A DNA stretch of 45,633 bases from a virus, in the UHGV virus genome UHGV-0361696; one strand, given 5' to 3'. Shown here in pieces: positions 8,328 through 19,358 of this stretch (position 1 is its first letter; every line of letters starts with the position of its first letter). Under the pieces are notes generated by a model. It was given only the letters and a program-made list of their open reading frames with translations. It was not told where the DNA came from and did no database searches. Made by a program: the position numbers and the translations under genes.

Positions 8328-8356
8328 AAAACCCCCGAAAGGGGGTTTATTTTTTC
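8328..8356. terminator. bidirectional rho-independent terminator
   Basis: AAACCCCCGAAAGGGGGTTT followed by a T-run. Confidence 0.65.
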
Positions 8357-8405
8357 AGCAATGAAGATGCGCGGATTATTTAAAATGGTACCGGCATCAG
8401 TATCA

Positions 8406-8711
8406 TCAATGGTCATCACCATCCTCGCTTATTGCGGCATCCAGCTGGCGGCGCAGCATACACAGCGCGCCATGCGGCATAAACTGATTAGCCATGCCAT
8501 CGAATATCTGGCGGTTTAATTTATTATCAATGCGCGGCCTGATTGCTGACCAGCACGCGCGGATTGATTTGTTAACCTGACGACCTTCAATCATAGCCAG
8601 TTTTGCAGCCAACTCTACAGTCACAAGGGCATCTAAATATTGCTCGCATGCGTATCGGCTCTCGTCGCCAACTGACGCGCCATCATCTGAACCTGCAGAT
8701 TCAACACTCAT
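8406..8711 (-). CDS. hypothetical acidic protein (about 101 aa), minus-strand cassette inside the tail module
   Basis: ORF-track ORF. ATG at 8711 preceded by GAGGAAGG. Confidence 0.45.
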   Translation of the reverse strand: MSVESAGSDDGASVGDESRYACEQYLDALVTVELAAKLAMIEGRQVNKSIRACWSAIRPRIDNKLNRQIFDGMANQFMPHGALCMLRRQLDAAISEDGDDH

Positions 8712-8862
8712 CACGCCTTCCTCGTCTTGTTCTTGATGCCCACAAAATCAGATTGGCGATAAACTCAGCACGTCGCAGGTGAATTGCTATCGCGTAGTTT
8801 ATGTCGATGCGCTGGCCTGCATATGCAGATATGACATCTTCGTCGTCTTTGTTTACTGGCAT
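8701..8862 (-). CDS. hypothetical small protein (53 aa)
   Basis: ATG at 8862. Overlaps the downstream ORF start. Hand-translated. Confidence 0.35.
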   Translation of the reverse strand: MPVNKDDEDVISAYAGQRIDINYAIAIHLRRAEFIANLILWASRTRRGRRDEC

Positions 8863-8865
8863 TTT

Positions 8866-8994
8866 TAATCCTCCACCACTACGCCAATCTTAGCCAGCAA
8901 CAAAATCGCCTTTACGCGGGCCTCATCATAGGTAAACCCGCAATCAACGTACAGGTCGATGTAAAATCTCAAATCAGCATCAGTCTCGTTCATA
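8866..8994 (-). CDS. hypothetical small protein (42 aa)
   Basis: ATG at 8994 just inside the promoter region. Hand-translated as MNETDADLRFYIDLYVDCGFTYDEARVKAILLLAKIGVVVED. Confidence 0.3.
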
Positions 8995-9020
8995 TGTCAA
9001 ACCCTCAATCACCTTATGCT

Positions 9021-9062
9021 TTCAATCTACGTCAGTTTTGCTCCCCCTGTCAATGGTATAAT
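9021..9062 (+). promoter_or_regulatory. promoter with extended -10 (TGGTATAAT) plus upstream TTCAATCTACGTCA motif
   Basis: TTCAATCTACGTCA...CCTGTCAATGGTATAAT, about 30 nt upstream of the 9091 ATG. Confidence 0.45.
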
Positions 9063-9090
9063 TACGTCATTGTGAAAACAGGATTTAGAC

Positions 9091-9798
9091 ATGAGACAAC
9101 GCACACCGCTAACAGAAATCGGAGAGATGCGCATCTCCCTGGCTGACAAGTCTTTTTTCTTCAAACCATCATTTGCGGCGATGAATGGGCTTGGCTCACC
9201 GAAAGAAATTGTCGAGCTGTACGCTACGCTTAATGGATATGAATACGCAGCCATACTCGGCGCCATTCAGTCAATGCCGTATGGCTCGCAGATTCAGGTG
9301 GCAAAAATCCTGTCACGTCCTGCCTATGGTAAGAAAGTGCTCAGCGCCGCCTGCCTCATCATGCAGTCCTGTTGTGATGATGATATCTCGGTGCTCATTG
9401 GGTCATGGAAGCCGACTCCGCGCGGTGTGAAGTACGTCACCGGAAGAATGCCAGTAAATGACATTATTATTATTGCTCGCAACCTGATGGAGCATGGCAT
9501 CATCGGCAAGTCTCCACTCAAGGTTCCTCAGCGCTCGGAAAACCAAAAGCGCACAACAAGTGAGTTGAGAATGTCGGATTACATCATCTCAGCTCGCACC
9601 CATTTCGGAATCACCCGTGAGGAAGCTGAAGACCTGACCATGACCGAGTATCAGCAGATGATAAAATCAAAATACCCGGAACCGGAAGGCATGACGCGCG
9701 AGCAGTATGATGCGTCTTATGAGCGGGCCAAGCTGAATAAACAGAAACTGAAAGAGAAAGCCGCCAGAAAGGCCGCTAAAAGCAAAGGAGCAAAATAA
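9091..9798 (+). CDS. tail assembly chaperone (putative)
   Basis: 235-aa ORF immediately upstream of and coupled to the tape measure gene (ATAATG). Confidence 0.45.
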   Translation: MRQRTPLTEIGEMRISLADKSFFFKPSFAAMNGLGSPKEIVELYATLNGYEYAAILGAIQSMPYGSQIQVAKILSRPAYGKKVLSAACLIMQSCCDDDISVLIGSWKPTPRGVKYVTGRMPVNDIIIIARNLMEHGIIGKSPLKVPQRSENQKRTTSELRMSDYIISARTHFGITREEAEDLTMTEYQQMIKSKYPEPEGMTREQYDASYERAKLNKQKLKEKAARKAAKSKGAK

Positions 9799-12700
9799 TG
9801 GCAGAAACAGTTGGCGGCATTATCTATGAGGTTGGCATTGACACATCTCAGTTAGCAGCTGGTAGTCGTGAATTGCAGTCAATGCTAAATGGACTTAGCG
9901 GGAACATGGGGCGACTTGAGGCCAGTGTAAACAGGACAGAGCGCTCTATTGGATCGATGGAACGAACAATGTCCAGCCTTTCTGGCGTTGCCAAGGGATT
10001 GTTCGCGGCGCTTTCTGTGCAACAGGTTGCGAGTTACGCCGATGCCTGGACTGAACTAAATAACAAGGTAGCTAACTCGGTTCGTACTGGAGAGACGCAG
10101 ACCGAAGTTATGCAGCGGATCTTTGATGTTTCACAAGCAACCCAGTCATCCCTGAACGGCACGGCGACTCTTTACGCCAGACTTGAGCGAGGAACCAGGG
10201 CGTACAACACCAGCGCTGAAGATTTAGTCCGCCTGACCACTATTATCAACCAGGGGTTTGCAGTATCCGGTGCAACAGCTCAGGAAGCTGAGAACGCAAT
10301 CATTCAGCTATCACAGGGTATCGCTTCCGGCGTTCTGCGCGGCGAGGAGTTTAACTCAGTGTCAGAGCAAGGCAGCCGCCTCATGGTAGCTCTGGCTGAT
10401 TCGATGGGTGTTTCTATCGGTCAGTTGAGGGCTATGGCCGCTCAGGGGCAGCTAACAACAGACGTTGTAGTTAATGGGCTTCTATCACAAGGGGATGCAA
10501 TCGGCAAAGAATTTGCCAACACCACCGTCTCAATCGCCAAGGGATTGCAGGTAGCCGGTAACAACGTAACGAAGTTCTTTGGCGAAAACTCGACGGTTAA
10601 ATCATTTGCAGCAGGGTTCCGAGACTCTGTCATCACAATAAGTGAGAACCTTGAGACGCTGAGCGGCGCCCTTATCATTGTAGCTGGCATAATGGGAAGT
10701 CGGTATGTTGGCGCGCTGGCAATGTCCACTGCCGCGAAAATATCAGATATAGCGGCATCAAGACAGCAATTAATAGCTGAGAATCAGCAGGCACAATCAG
10801 CGCTTGTGGCTGCAAATTCCGCGCGGAGGAAGGCGCTGGCTGATAAAGAGGCGGCGCTATCATCTCTGGCGCTTGCTCAGGCTGAATATAACATAGCAAA
10901 AGGCAGCGCAGCCGAGATGCTGGCGCTTGATGCTCTGGTTGCGGCAAAATCAAGAGCGAGCGCCGCGTCACTATCCCTTGCTCAGGCTGAAAACGCACAG
11001 GCTGCCGCATCAGCGAGAGCAGCATCAGCGGCAAGGGCCGCATCGGTAGGGATTGGACTTGCCAGAGGTGCACTTTCATTGATAGGCGGCCCAGCTGGCG
11101 CGGCAATGTTAGCGGCGGGGGCAATATTTTACTTCTGGCAGAAAGCACAGCAAGCCAGAGAAGAAGCAATCCGCTTTGCCGATGGCCTGGATAAAGTTAA
11201 CGCCTCAATGAAGGCGATGAACAATACCCAACTCAGGGGGGCGATAGCTGACGCCAATGTTTCAATTAGGGCGCAAGAGGAAGCTATTAGCGATCTGAAG
11301 GACACCATTTCAGACCTGCAATCCGATTACGAGAAATATACAACGCTTGCAAGAAAGTACGGGGTTGCCGAAGATCAAAATAATGGGTTCGTGATTAAGG
11401 CAACGGATGCCGCAGACCAGTTAGCTAAAAAGCGTAGGGATTTAGCTGATGCTGAGGAAAAACTAGCAAGAACTCAGGAAACGGCAGCCGAAGCAAGCAG
11501 GACCCTTACAAACAACATGCTCACGTCCATGGGTGTGCATGATGGTCTGATTGAGAAAGGTTCGACCCTTGAGAGAGTGCAGGGCGCGGTGGCAAGAGCA
11601 TTCGGATTGACCGCCGATGAAATAAACCGAGCAAATCAGGCAGGACAAAACTTCAACCCCAAATCCTTGCAGGTATCAGCCCCAACAAAAGAAGCAGATA
11701 AGATGATTCTCAGCCTTGAGGAGCAGAATCAGCTTTTAAAAATACAGGATGAAAGACAAAGGGCGGTAACAAAAGCACGGCTGGAGGCTCAAAAGGTAAC
11801 TGATAACCCCAATCAGATAGCCAGAGCTGCTGAGCTTGCGGGTCAGATATATGATTTAAATGAGGCCGAGAAAGCAAGGGAAAAATCGCAAAATGATTCT
11901 CAATCAGCGGCCCAAAAAGCCGCCACAGAGCAGGAGAATATCGCTAATAAACTTGAGCAGTTACGACAAGAATCCTTATTAACAGCAGATAGCACAAAAG
12001 AGCTATCCCGCGAGCAAGCAATACTACAGGCTCAACAATCACTAGGAAAAGGCGCTACAGAGGAGCAAACAAGACTCGCTGGAGAGTACAAGGCTAAGGC
12101 ATGGGATAATGCCAACGCGATAAAGGCTCAGGCAGAGGCGGAGAAACAAAGGGTCGAAGCTGTAAAAGGATTCGCTGCATTAAAATCGCAGACATCACCA
12201 ATGTTTGCCGTTGAAACAAACTATCAGAAGGATTTAGCAGCGCTCAATGCTTATGCGGTGGCTTACCCGCAAAAGATAGCGGAGGTTGAGCAGGCCAGAG
12301 CAGCAATTGAGGAGCAATACCGCCAGCAGCGCCTCGATGCCATGTGGCAGGAGTGGAGCCAGCAGAACGCGGCCACACAAGCGGCCGCTGCTGCATTTGA
12401 TGCTTTTGGGCAAACCGCAAGCAACGCCTTAACTGGCGTTCTGACTGGCTCAATGTCTGTTAGCGAGGCGCTACAGTCAATAGGGAGTAATGTGTTAAAT
12501 GCGGTTATTAACTCCTTCGTTCAGATGGGCGTAGAGTGGCTTAAATCGGTAATTATGGGACAGGCAGGGATGACTGCGGCATCAGGGATGGCTGCAGCCC
12601 AAGCCCAAATAATCGCAGCGGCTATGGCGCCAGCAGCAGCGATGACATCACTTGCTACGGGTGGCGCTAACGCAGTACCTGCACAGGCTGGCATTGTTTC

Positions 12701-13079
12701 CACCGTCGGTGTGGCTAAAGCAATGTCTGTTGCCGGGGCATTAAAGAATGGCGGCCCTGCGCAGGCTGGATCAATGTATCAGGTCGGCGAGAACAACCTA
12801 CCTGAAATCTTCCAGGCCAGCAATGGCAATCAGTACATGATACCTGGCGACAATGGAAAGGTTATAAGCAACAAAGACCTTACCGGCGGTGGCAGTGGTA
12901 TCATTATTTATAATAATGTCACCAATAACAGCAGCGGAGCAACGGCCTCATCAACAGCAAGAGATAATGGTGACGGCTCTGTTACAATTGAGACTATCGT
13001 TGCCGACATAGAAAATGGCGGCCCTATTTCTCAGGCTATTACCAGCAACACTACTGCAACCAGAAGGGCAACAGAATAA
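9798..13079 (+). CDS. tail tape measure protein
   Basis: 1093 aa. Ala/Gln-rich and coiled-coil-like, with low-complexity AQAENAQAAASARAAS repeats. Sits at the canonical position. Confidence 0.85.
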   Translation: MAETVGGIIYEVGIDTSQLAAGSRELQSMLNGLSGNMGRLEASVNRTERSIGSMERTMSSLSGVAKGLFAALSVQQVASYADAWTELNNKVANSVRTGETQTEVMQRIFDVSQATQSSLNGTATLYARLERGTRAYNTSAEDLVRLTTIINQGFAVSGATAQEAENAIIQLSQGIASGVLRGEEFNSVSEQGSRLMVALADSMGVSIGQLRAMAAQGQLTTDVVVNGLLSQGDAIGKEFANTTVSIAKGLQVAGNNVTKFFGENSTVKSFAAGFRDSVITISENLETLSGALIIVAGIMGSRYVGALAMSTAAKISDIAASRQQLIAENQQAQSALVAANSARRKALADKEAALSSLALAQAEYNIAKGSAAEMLALDALVAAKSRASAASLSLAQAENAQAAASARAASAARAASVGIGLARGALSLIGGPAGAAMLAAGAIFYFWQKAQQAREEAIRFADGLDKVNASMKAMNNTQLRGAIADANVSIRAQEEAISDLKDTISDLQSDYEKYTTLARKYGVAEDQNNGFVIKATDAADQLAKKRRDLADAEEKLARTQETAAEASRTLTNNMLTSMGVHDGLIEKGSTLERVQGAVARAFGLTADEINRANQAGQNFNPKSLQVSAPTKEADKMILSLEEQNQLLKIQDERQRAVTKARLEAQKVTDNPNQIARAAELAGQIYDLNEAEKAREKSQNDSQSAAQKAATEQENIANKLEQLRQESLLTADSTKELSREQAILQAQQSLGKGATEEQTRLAGEYKAKAWDNANAIKAQAEAEKQRVEAVKGFAALKSQTSPMFAVETNYQKDLAALNAYAVAYPQKIAEVEQARAAIEEQYRQQRLDAMWQEWSQQNAATQAAAAAFDAFGQTASNALTGVLTGSMSVSEALQSIGSNVLNAVINSFVQMGVEWLKSVIMGQAGMTAASGMAAAQAQIIAAAMAPAAAMTSLATGGANAVPAQAGIVSTVGVAKAMSVAGALKNGGPAQAGSMYQVGENNLPEIFQASNGNQYMIPGDNGKVISNKDLTGGGSGIIIYNNVTNNSSGATASSTARDNGDGSVTIETIVADIENGGPISQAITSNTTATRRATE

Positions 13080-13549
13080 TGGCTATAGCTTATCCATCAT
13101 GGCTACCTCTTGCGCAGCGGGCTAGCAAGAACATGACGACTCAAACCCCATTCCGCAGCGATCAGCCTGCGGTTGGGGCGCCAATATTTCAAAAGTTAAC
13201 GACCGACGTTGCGGTAACATGGAGCCTTACGTGGGTCTTTACGCTCAGGCAGGAACGGGCATTTATGCAGTGGTTGAGAAGCCCAAACTATCTCAACAAG
13301 TGCAATGAATGGTTCACGATGGATATCGATCTTGGCGGCAGCGGATTACAGAATCAGACTTTACACTTTACTGATTACCCCGTACAGACAAGCATCAATG
13401 GAGGCATCGTCACATGGACTGGAAATGTCATCTGTAAAACTCTCAATAACTCCATGGATGAGTTTGATGATGTACTTGTTGAGCTTGATGAGCGCTGGTT
13501 TTCATGTATCGATGAAGTCGTTAACAGGGATTTACCGGAGTATCCATAA
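13079..13549 (+). CDS. minor tail protein (lambda gpM-like position)
   Basis: 156 aa, ATAATG-coupled after the tape measure gene. Confidence 0.5.
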   Translation: MAIAYPSWLPLAQRASKNMTTQTPFRSDQPAVGAPIFQKLTTDVAVTWSLTWVFTLRQERAFMQWLRSPNYLNKCNEWFTMDIDLGGSGLQNQTLHFTDYPVQTSINGGIVTWTGNVICKTLNNSMDEFDDVLVELDERWFSCIDEVVNRDLPEYP

Positions 13550-14019
13550 TGCCAACATTGCGTGAATACCAGTCAAAAAGGCCAAACTGGAAGCTGTATG
13601 ACACCATAACCTTTTATCATTCTTCATTTGGTTACGTCCGGCTAGTTGGCAATGAGTTTTCTGATATTGTACTTGGCGGTCAGACTTACCAGCCAGTGCG
13701 TATGGATGTAACCAGGAGCCAGCAATCGAACACGCCGGTAATCAACGCCACGCTGAAGTTTGCGCGACTGGCTAATGACTTTAAGCAATATTTAAAGTTA
13801 TGGTCAGGCTCTGGACGTATTGAGCCTATCACTGCGCTATATCAACGATTTGATGAGACTGACAAAAACACACCATTAAAACCATATACGCTTTATGTAA
13901 ATGATGTGACGCTTGATCAGTCTGATGTAACCGTCTCCATCTCCATAAAAAACCCAATCAATGGTAACGTGGCAAAACTTTATGACATCACAGAATTCCC
14001 CGGACTGCGTACCGTTTGA
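13549..14019 (+). CDS. minor tail protein (lambda gpL-like position)
   Basis: 156 aa, coupled. Assignment rests on synteny. Confidence 0.5.
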   Translation: MPTLREYQSKRPNWKLYDTITFYHSSFGYVRLVGNEFSDIVLGGQTYQPVRMDVTRSQQSNTPVINATLKFARLANDFKQYLKLWSGSGRIEPITALYQRFDETDKNTPLKPYTLYVNDVTLDQSDVTVSISIKNPINGNVAKLYDITEFPGLRTV

Positions 14020-14440
14020 CGATTTTGAGCGGCTGATGCTTGGCAAGCCATATGTCGACAGATGCTGTCACGTTGATGCAGTGGACTGCTGGGGTCTGGT
14101 GGTGCTGTTCTATCGCCTTTGCATGAATGTCAATGTTCATCACGATGATTCATATTCGAATGGTGGCGATTTTGTCACTTGCTTCAATGGGGAAGTATCA
14201 TTCTGGAAAGACACCGAACAGCCAAAAGTTGGCGATGTGGTGGTTGCCTATCGCGGGAGTCATCCGGTACATGTCGCGCTGTGGTGGGGTCGTGATAAAA
14301 TACTGCATGCGCGAGAGAAAACGGCAGTCAAGACAGACCGCCTTAAAACACTCGAAAAATTATCAACAAAATTAAGGTTCCTGACTTATGCCGGTTATTC
14401 ACATTCAGAAGATGCCAGGAGTTCCAAAAGAGACGGGTAA
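13961..14440 (+). CDS. tail tip assembly protein K-like (NlpC/P60 peptidase fold)
   Basis: DCWGLV (Cys) and HVALWWG (His) motifs typical of the NlpC/P60 gpK family. True start probably internal, near 14036. Confidence 0.55.
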   Translation: MVTWQNFMTSQNSPDCVPFDDFERLMLGKPYVDRCCHVDAVDCWGLVVLFYRLCMNVNVHHDDSYSNGGDFVTCFNGEVSFWKDTEQPKVGDVVVAYRGSHPVHVALWWGRDKILHAREKTAVKTDRLKTLEKLSTKLRFLTYAGYSHSEDARSSKRDG

Positions 14441-16868
14441 TGTTCCTGCTGGCACTAATCTGTGGAGATGGCTGGAGAATTCCGGCCTTCCATCTGACAT
14501 CAGGATTGCGCTGAATGGCCGCATTTTTGGACCTGATGATGAATTATCGATATCGTTAAAGCAAAACGATATTGTTAACATTTACTGTCAGCCTCGCGGC
14601 GCCATTGGCGACCTTATCAGCACGATACTCAAGCCTGTAACTAAGGTTCTTTCTTTTCTGCTGCCAAAAGCATCAACGCCATCAACCAGCACTGGCGCGA
14701 CGGTTGAATCACCCAACAATAGCCTGAAATCGCAAACCAATATTGCGCGAAACGGAGAGGCAAGACCTGACAACTTCGGTCAGATAAGGGCATTCCCTGA
14801 CCTGATTCAGGAGTCACTTTTTGAATACATTGACGATCTGAAGTACGTCACTGAGTTCATGAACTTTGGCCTTGGGAAATACACCATTTCATCGGTTCGC
14901 TATGCGGAAACTAATCTTGGTTCTCTGCCAGGCGCCACTCATGTCATCTACAATCCAGGTGATGTGATCGGGCAAATCATTGAGCCTTACCAGTTCGACG
15001 GGCTTGATGGTCAGGAGGTTCCAGGGCTGAACGAGTCAGAGGACACCCCGATAGAGACAGCGACCACGACATCTGTTACCAGTGGCGATTATGCTGGCGG
15101 TCAGTTGTTAATAGTCATACCAAAAAACACTGATTTCGATTACTTCATGGGACTGTCTTTACCGCACTCTGTGTCATTAACAATAAATATCACCTACAAC
15201 TCCACATCCGGGCCAGTTACTGAAAATATTCAGCTTAGTGGCAACATCATTTCAGCTGAGGAAACTGAGACGGGAGTAATTCCTGATATTCAGTATTTCT
15301 ATAATTTTACCTTCAATAACCTGACCGGTGCAAATCTTGGCAACCTGACCGGCGCAACCATCAACGACACTTATTTCCAGATTGTGGATAATGAGGCGCT
15401 CGTTGTTGGCCCATATGTTGGAGCCGTGGAATCGACGCAGGTATGGGTTCATGTTCAGTCTGAACTTGGGCCTACCAGTGGCACGGCAGATTATCTGATC
15501 AAAGTATGGGCGGTTGATGATAATGGGGATGCCATTCCAGGAACCGAGGAGCAGCTCGCAGACAGTATTGACAACCCATTTAATCAGACAACAAAAACCT
15601 ATTATCGCACGTATAAATTAACTCCTGCTTATGGGCTGGCTAAGTATGCTATCAGCATTGAAAGGACAAACAACTCAAACTCTGGCAACCGCGTAACGTT
15701 GCAGGCGGCGCACGCTATCAACATCCGCGAGAATGTGGTTTATCCTGATGACACCCTTGTTAAAGTGACGGTGAAGGCCACGCTTCAGCCAACATCAGTT
15801 ACTGAGCGCAAATATAATGCGCTGATTACCCGCTGGACTATCGGATATAACAGAACAACCGGGACAGTCGACTATACGTTAACGCCATCAAGAAGTTTTG
15901 CAGATTCAGTGCTGCATAACTGGCTTATTACTGCTGGTCAGCCTGAAAGCACCATTGACGTGGGAAGGCTCTATGAAATAGCTGATGCGCTGCCTGACGC
16001 ACGTCTTGGGTACTTCGATTACACATTTGACGATGAGGATAAATCGATCGGTGAGCGAATTCAGACTATCTGTGATGCAGCGCGTGTAACCGTATTTTGG
16101 GATGATGGTGTTTTATCTTTTTCAAGAGATGAGCAAAAATCAACCCCTGAAACTGTGTTTAATACCAGAAACACGCAGGCTGATGGCTATAAAATGTCTT
16201 ATGACATGACTTTGCCGGGGTCATATGATGGCGTAAGCGTTCAGTACCGCGACCCAAACACCAACAAACAGGCTTACGTTTATTATAAAGTTGGCACTTC
16301 TGGTATAGAGCCTGGAGAACCAACTAAGCCGAAAAAATTCGACATGCTATACGTTCGAAATCTGTATCAGGCAACAGACAGAGCCATGCTTGAGTGCAAT
16401 CGTCTGATGTACTCACGCCGAGGGATGGAGATAAAGGCACTTGCTGATGGTGAGTGGGTGAACGTTGGCGATATGATTTCTGTTGTCGACATTTATGATT
16501 CTGTACAGCAGACAGGCGTTATCCGATCAAGGTCTGGAAACGTATTTACCACCAGTGAACAGCTTACGGCGGGAAGTGGCCTATTTGTGGTTATCACTGG
16601 CGCCAATGGGAATGTGTCAGAACGCCTGGCTTGCACCGTTACTGGATTGAATACATTCGAGTGCGCATTACCATCTGATTTCGAGTTAAACATTTTTGAC
16701 GGTGTTAATGTTCAGTCGGAATCAAGATATGCCATCTCTACAGAGATTGAACTTGATTCAACGTTATGGACAGTTAGCCAGAAAACTCCAGGTGCAGATG
16801 GCACAGTGTCTCTTACAGTAACTGAGTACAATGACGCCATGTACGCCTACACCAACCCTGTTGCGTGA
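14388..16868 (+). CDS. tail tip / host specificity protein: gpI-like N-terminus fused to a J-like central fibre protein
   Basis: 826 aa. The first 90 or so aa resemble the tail assembly protein I (ubiquitin-like) region. The rest is Thr/Asn-rich and beta-rich. Confidence 0.55.
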   Translation: MPVIHIQKMPGVPKETGNVPAGTNLWRWLENSGLPSDIRIALNGRIFGPDDELSISLKQNDIVNIYCQPRGAIGDLISTILKPVTKVLSFLLPKASTPSTSTGATVESPNNSLKSQTNIARNGEARPDNFGQIRAFPDLIQESLFEYIDDLKYVTEFMNFGLGKYTISSVRYAETNLGSLPGATHVIYNPGDVIGQIIEPYQFDGLDGQEVPGLNESEDTPIETATTTSVTSGDYAGGQLLIVIPKNTDFDYFMGLSLPHSVSLTINITYNSTSGPVTENIQLSGNIISAEETETGVIPDIQYFYNFTFNNLTGANLGNLTGATINDTYFQIVDNEALVVGPYVGAVESTQVWVHVQSELGPTSGTADYLIKVWAVDDNGDAIPGTEEQLADSIDNPFNQTTKTYYRTYKLTPAYGLAKYAISIERTNNSNSGNRVTLQAAHAINIRENVVYPDDTLVKVTVKATLQPTSVTERKYNALITRWTIGYNRTTGTVDYTLTPSRSFADSVLHNWLITAGQPESTIDVGRLYEIADALPDARLGYFDYTFDDEDKSIGERIQTICDAARVTVFWDDGVLSFSRDEQKSTPETVFNTRNTQADGYKMSYDMTLPGSYDGVSVQYRDPNTNKQAYVYYKVGTSGIEPGEPTKPKKFDMLYVRNLYQATDRAMLECNRLMYSRRGMEIKALADGEWVNVGDMISVVDIYDSVQQTGVIRSRSGNVFTTSEQLTAGSGLFVVITGANGNVSERLACTVTGLNTFECALPSDFELNIFDGVNVQSESRYAISTEIELDSTLWTVSQKTPGADGTVSLTVTEYNDAMYAYTNPVA

Positions 16869-16906
16869 TACAATAGGGCAATTAATGATTATGGAGATTG
16901 CAGCTG

Positions 16907-19030
16907 ATGGCTACTACCCCAACTAATAAGCCAATCCCTTCTGAAGACCCGCGCGATCTGAAGTTTAACGCCGGAAAGGTTGATGAAGAGGTTAACGGAG
17001 GCGCTGATTACTACACCGACAGATTCGGCGTGCAGAGACTGACAAATACTGGTAGAAATAACCAGTTTCAGGATGCGCAAACTCAAAGGGAGTCTGATTT
17101 TCAGCAATTTCTCTTAAACTCTGGTTATCAGTTTTTAGGAGATTATGAAAATGGGCCTTATACAATTGCCGCTCGCAATCAGATTATTCGTTATCAGAAT
17201 GAGTTCTGGCGTTTAAATGCAGCTACTAATCCACCATATACAACAACTGGTGTTGATAACACCTCTTGGGCGGTAGACGTGACTCATCTTGTAAGCGTTG
17301 GCGATGCAAAATTAAGACAGGATTTAAGTTCAACTACTTTGCCTGGTTTATCATTAGTCGGTCTTTCTGGTAATGGTAATTTAAACCATCTGCTAGGCAA
17401 TCATACCTCTCCTGAGGCGTGGGGAGTGGTGCCAAATTCAGAAGCATCAGCTCATGCAAACTCTAGAAAGATGTTTGACATGTTTGAAAGTTTAAGATCG
17501 AAAGGCGGCGGTGTCGTATTCTTTACTCCTGGTAGAACATACTGGATTGACTTTATTCAGTTCGTACCAAGTAACGTTGTTATAATTGGCTACGGCGCTA
17601 CATTAAAGCAAATAAACCCTTTATCAATGTATGGACGCGGTGGTTTTGTGTTTGGTAGCAGTAGGGAATGGAACTATCAAAAAGCTAAAACGGCATATCT
17701 TGCAAACTCCTACCCTGCATCTGTATCTGATTCATCAATGCCTGAGTTGTCTTTAGGTTCATATTTAAGGGATAACCAATCATATTTACAGTGTGAAAGA
17801 TGTACTGTGTATGGTTTGCGTATGGAAACAAAATTTACAGATTCTACATATTGGGGTGGTTATGCATTTAATACAGTAAACGCGCAACACATCAGATTTT
17901 ACGATGTTAAAGGAAGTGGTTGGACACAGCTATTCAATTTCGGTAATGATAGTTCCGCATCATCACCATCTTGTGATGATGTATATGCATTCAACTCAAC
18001 AGTAGAAAGCGCAGATCTTGTTCGTTCTTACTATGCGATTGGTTTTATAGCCAACTCTACAAACTGTGGTTTTGATACAGCGGTTCTTCTAAAACCAATG
18101 ACAGTTGATAGCATTAATGGGTCTGGTGCAGCAACAAACTACACTGAAAACTGCGTAATCAGAAATATAAACATACCAGATTTAGGGTTAACTTCATCAT
18201 CTGAAGGTGTTTTATTAAATAACTCCAAAGGTTGTTTAATAGAAAATATTGATATCAGGAATTGTAAAAACGTAGTTAGTACATACTATACCGTCGGTTC
18301 ATACAATGACACTGCAAAACCTAATATTTTAAGGAATATTAGTGGTCAAGGCGTTAACATTATAGCAATCAGGTCTAAATATGCACACATTGAATCATTT
18401 GAAGGAGTAGGTACATACACGAATGAAGTTCAATTTGCAAACAACAATGCATCAGGCAATACCATAAATAAAAAACCAAAATCAATTGGTTTTGGTGGGA
18501 CTAACTTACAGTCATGGTTTTTAACAAAAAATACGGTAAAAGGATGGTCGCGAAAATATTTTTATATTCGGCCATCCGAAATTTTGTTGAACGATAAAGT
18601 AGACACTTTTTCATGGAATGAAAATAAACTTGTCGCAACAAAATCAGGAGTAAATCTTTACTTTATGTGGCGAGTTCCTGACGATATCAATGCAATTGAT
18701 GATATTCGCGCTTTTATTAGATTTAACACTGCCGTAGATCAAGATGCTTCTGTTGCTGGATCTACAGTAGAGGCAAGTTTGATACAAATGGTCGCTTTCG
18801 ATGGTAACATTGGTGAAACACCATATGTTGCTTTTTCAAACAGCAAGATTGCAACAGCGGGTGTAGAAGACACAACGGTAGTAACGAAAATGGGTAGCAA
18901 TGTACCAGGTTTGGTTTATATGGATGATACTACACATGGTTTATCCTATAGCTGGTATGTGCTGTTTAAAATGACAAATAATGTGAACAATAACTACATG
19001 AAAGAAATCAGAGTAGCGGGGTATAACTAA
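16907..19030 (+). CDS. tail fibre / receptor-binding protein with low-GC distal module
   Basis: About 708 aa. The N-terminal roughly 130 aa have genome-typical GC. The rest is AT-rich, Asn/Ser/Thr-rich and beta-structure-like. Confidence 0.6.
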   Translation: MATTPTNKPIPSEDPRDLKFNAGKVDEEVNGGADYYTDRFGVQRLTNTGRNNQFQDAQTQRESDFQQFLLNSGYQFLGDYENGPYTIAARNQIIRYQNEFWRLNAATNPPYTTTGVDNTSWAVDVTHLVSVGDAKLRQDLSSTTLPGLSLVGLSGNGNLNHLLGNHTSPEAWGVVPNSEASAHANSRKMFDMFESLRSKGGGVVFFTPGRTYWIDFIQFVPSNVVIIGYGATLKQINPLSMYGRGGFVFGSSREWNYQKAKTAYLANSYPASVSDSSMPELSLGSYLRDNQSYLQCERCTVYGLRMETKFTDSTYWGGYAFNTVNAQHIRFYDVKGSGWTQLFNFGNDSSASSPSCDDVYAFNSTVESADLVRSYYAIGFIANSTNCGFDTAVLLKPMTVDSINGSGAATNYTENCVIRNINIPDLGLTSSSEGVLLNNSKGCLIENIDIRNCKNVVSTYYTVGSYNDTAKPNILRNISGQGVNIIAIRSKYAHIESFEGVGTYTNEVQFANNNASGNTINKKPKSIGFGGTNLQSWFLTKNTVKGWSRKYFYIRPSEILLNDKVDTFSWNENKLVATKSGVNLYFMWRVPDDINAIDDIRAFIRFNTAVDQDASVAGSTVEASLIQMVAFDGNIGETPYVAFSNSKIATAGVEDTTVVTKMGSNVPGLVYMDDTTHGLSYSWYVLFKMTNNVNNNYMKEIRVAGYN

Positions 19031-19299
19031 TGACCGGTTCAGAATCAAGAAAAGCACAAGATCTCTTCTTTGGTATTATTGATTATTACGCTAATCTTTC
19101 AGGCACAGACATAACTGAAGATCAGTTGAAACAACGCGATGAAATAATAAAAAGTGGATCTATAGAATGTGATGATTCTTTAGATAGTGAAATCTTAGAT
19201 TTGCAAGATCAATTTCTTGCAAAAAAAGAAAGTAACATCATAAATAAAGATCAAATAGCGATAGTTGAAAAAGCACTATCGCTATTAAAAAAATCTTAA
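19030..19299 (+). CDS. hypothetical acidic protein (89 aa), possible fibre chaperone
   Basis: ATGA-coupled to the fibre gene. Shares the same AT-rich composition. Confidence 0.4.
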   Translation: MTGSESRKAQDLFFGIIDYYANLSGTDITEDQLKQRDEIIKSGSIECDDSLDSEILDLQDQFLAKKESNIINKDQIAIVEKALSLLKKS

Positions 19300-19315
19300 T
19301 TATCATACTGGTAGT

Positions 19316-19350
19316 AACGTGCATCTCATTTGATGCACGTTATATTTATT
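19316..19350. terminator. bidirectional terminator between convergent fibre and ssb genes
   Basis: AACGTGCATC...GATGCACGTT inverted repeat followed by T-rich tracts. Confidence 0.6.
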
Positions 19351-19358
19351 TAAATCAC

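Noticed and set aside
9185-9430. Alternative-frame ORF inside the tail chaperone gene as a G/GT-style programmed frameshift product
   Set aside because: I could not identify a convincing slippery heptamer at the frame junction by eye. Left as a single chaperone ORF, though a frameshift is not excluded.
10442-11169. Antisense ORFs inside the tape measure gene (10442-10729, 10675-11169, also 12244-12703)
   Set aside because: These are reverse-frame artefacts of the Ala/Gln-rich repetitive tape measure coding sequence. They have no starts with RBS.
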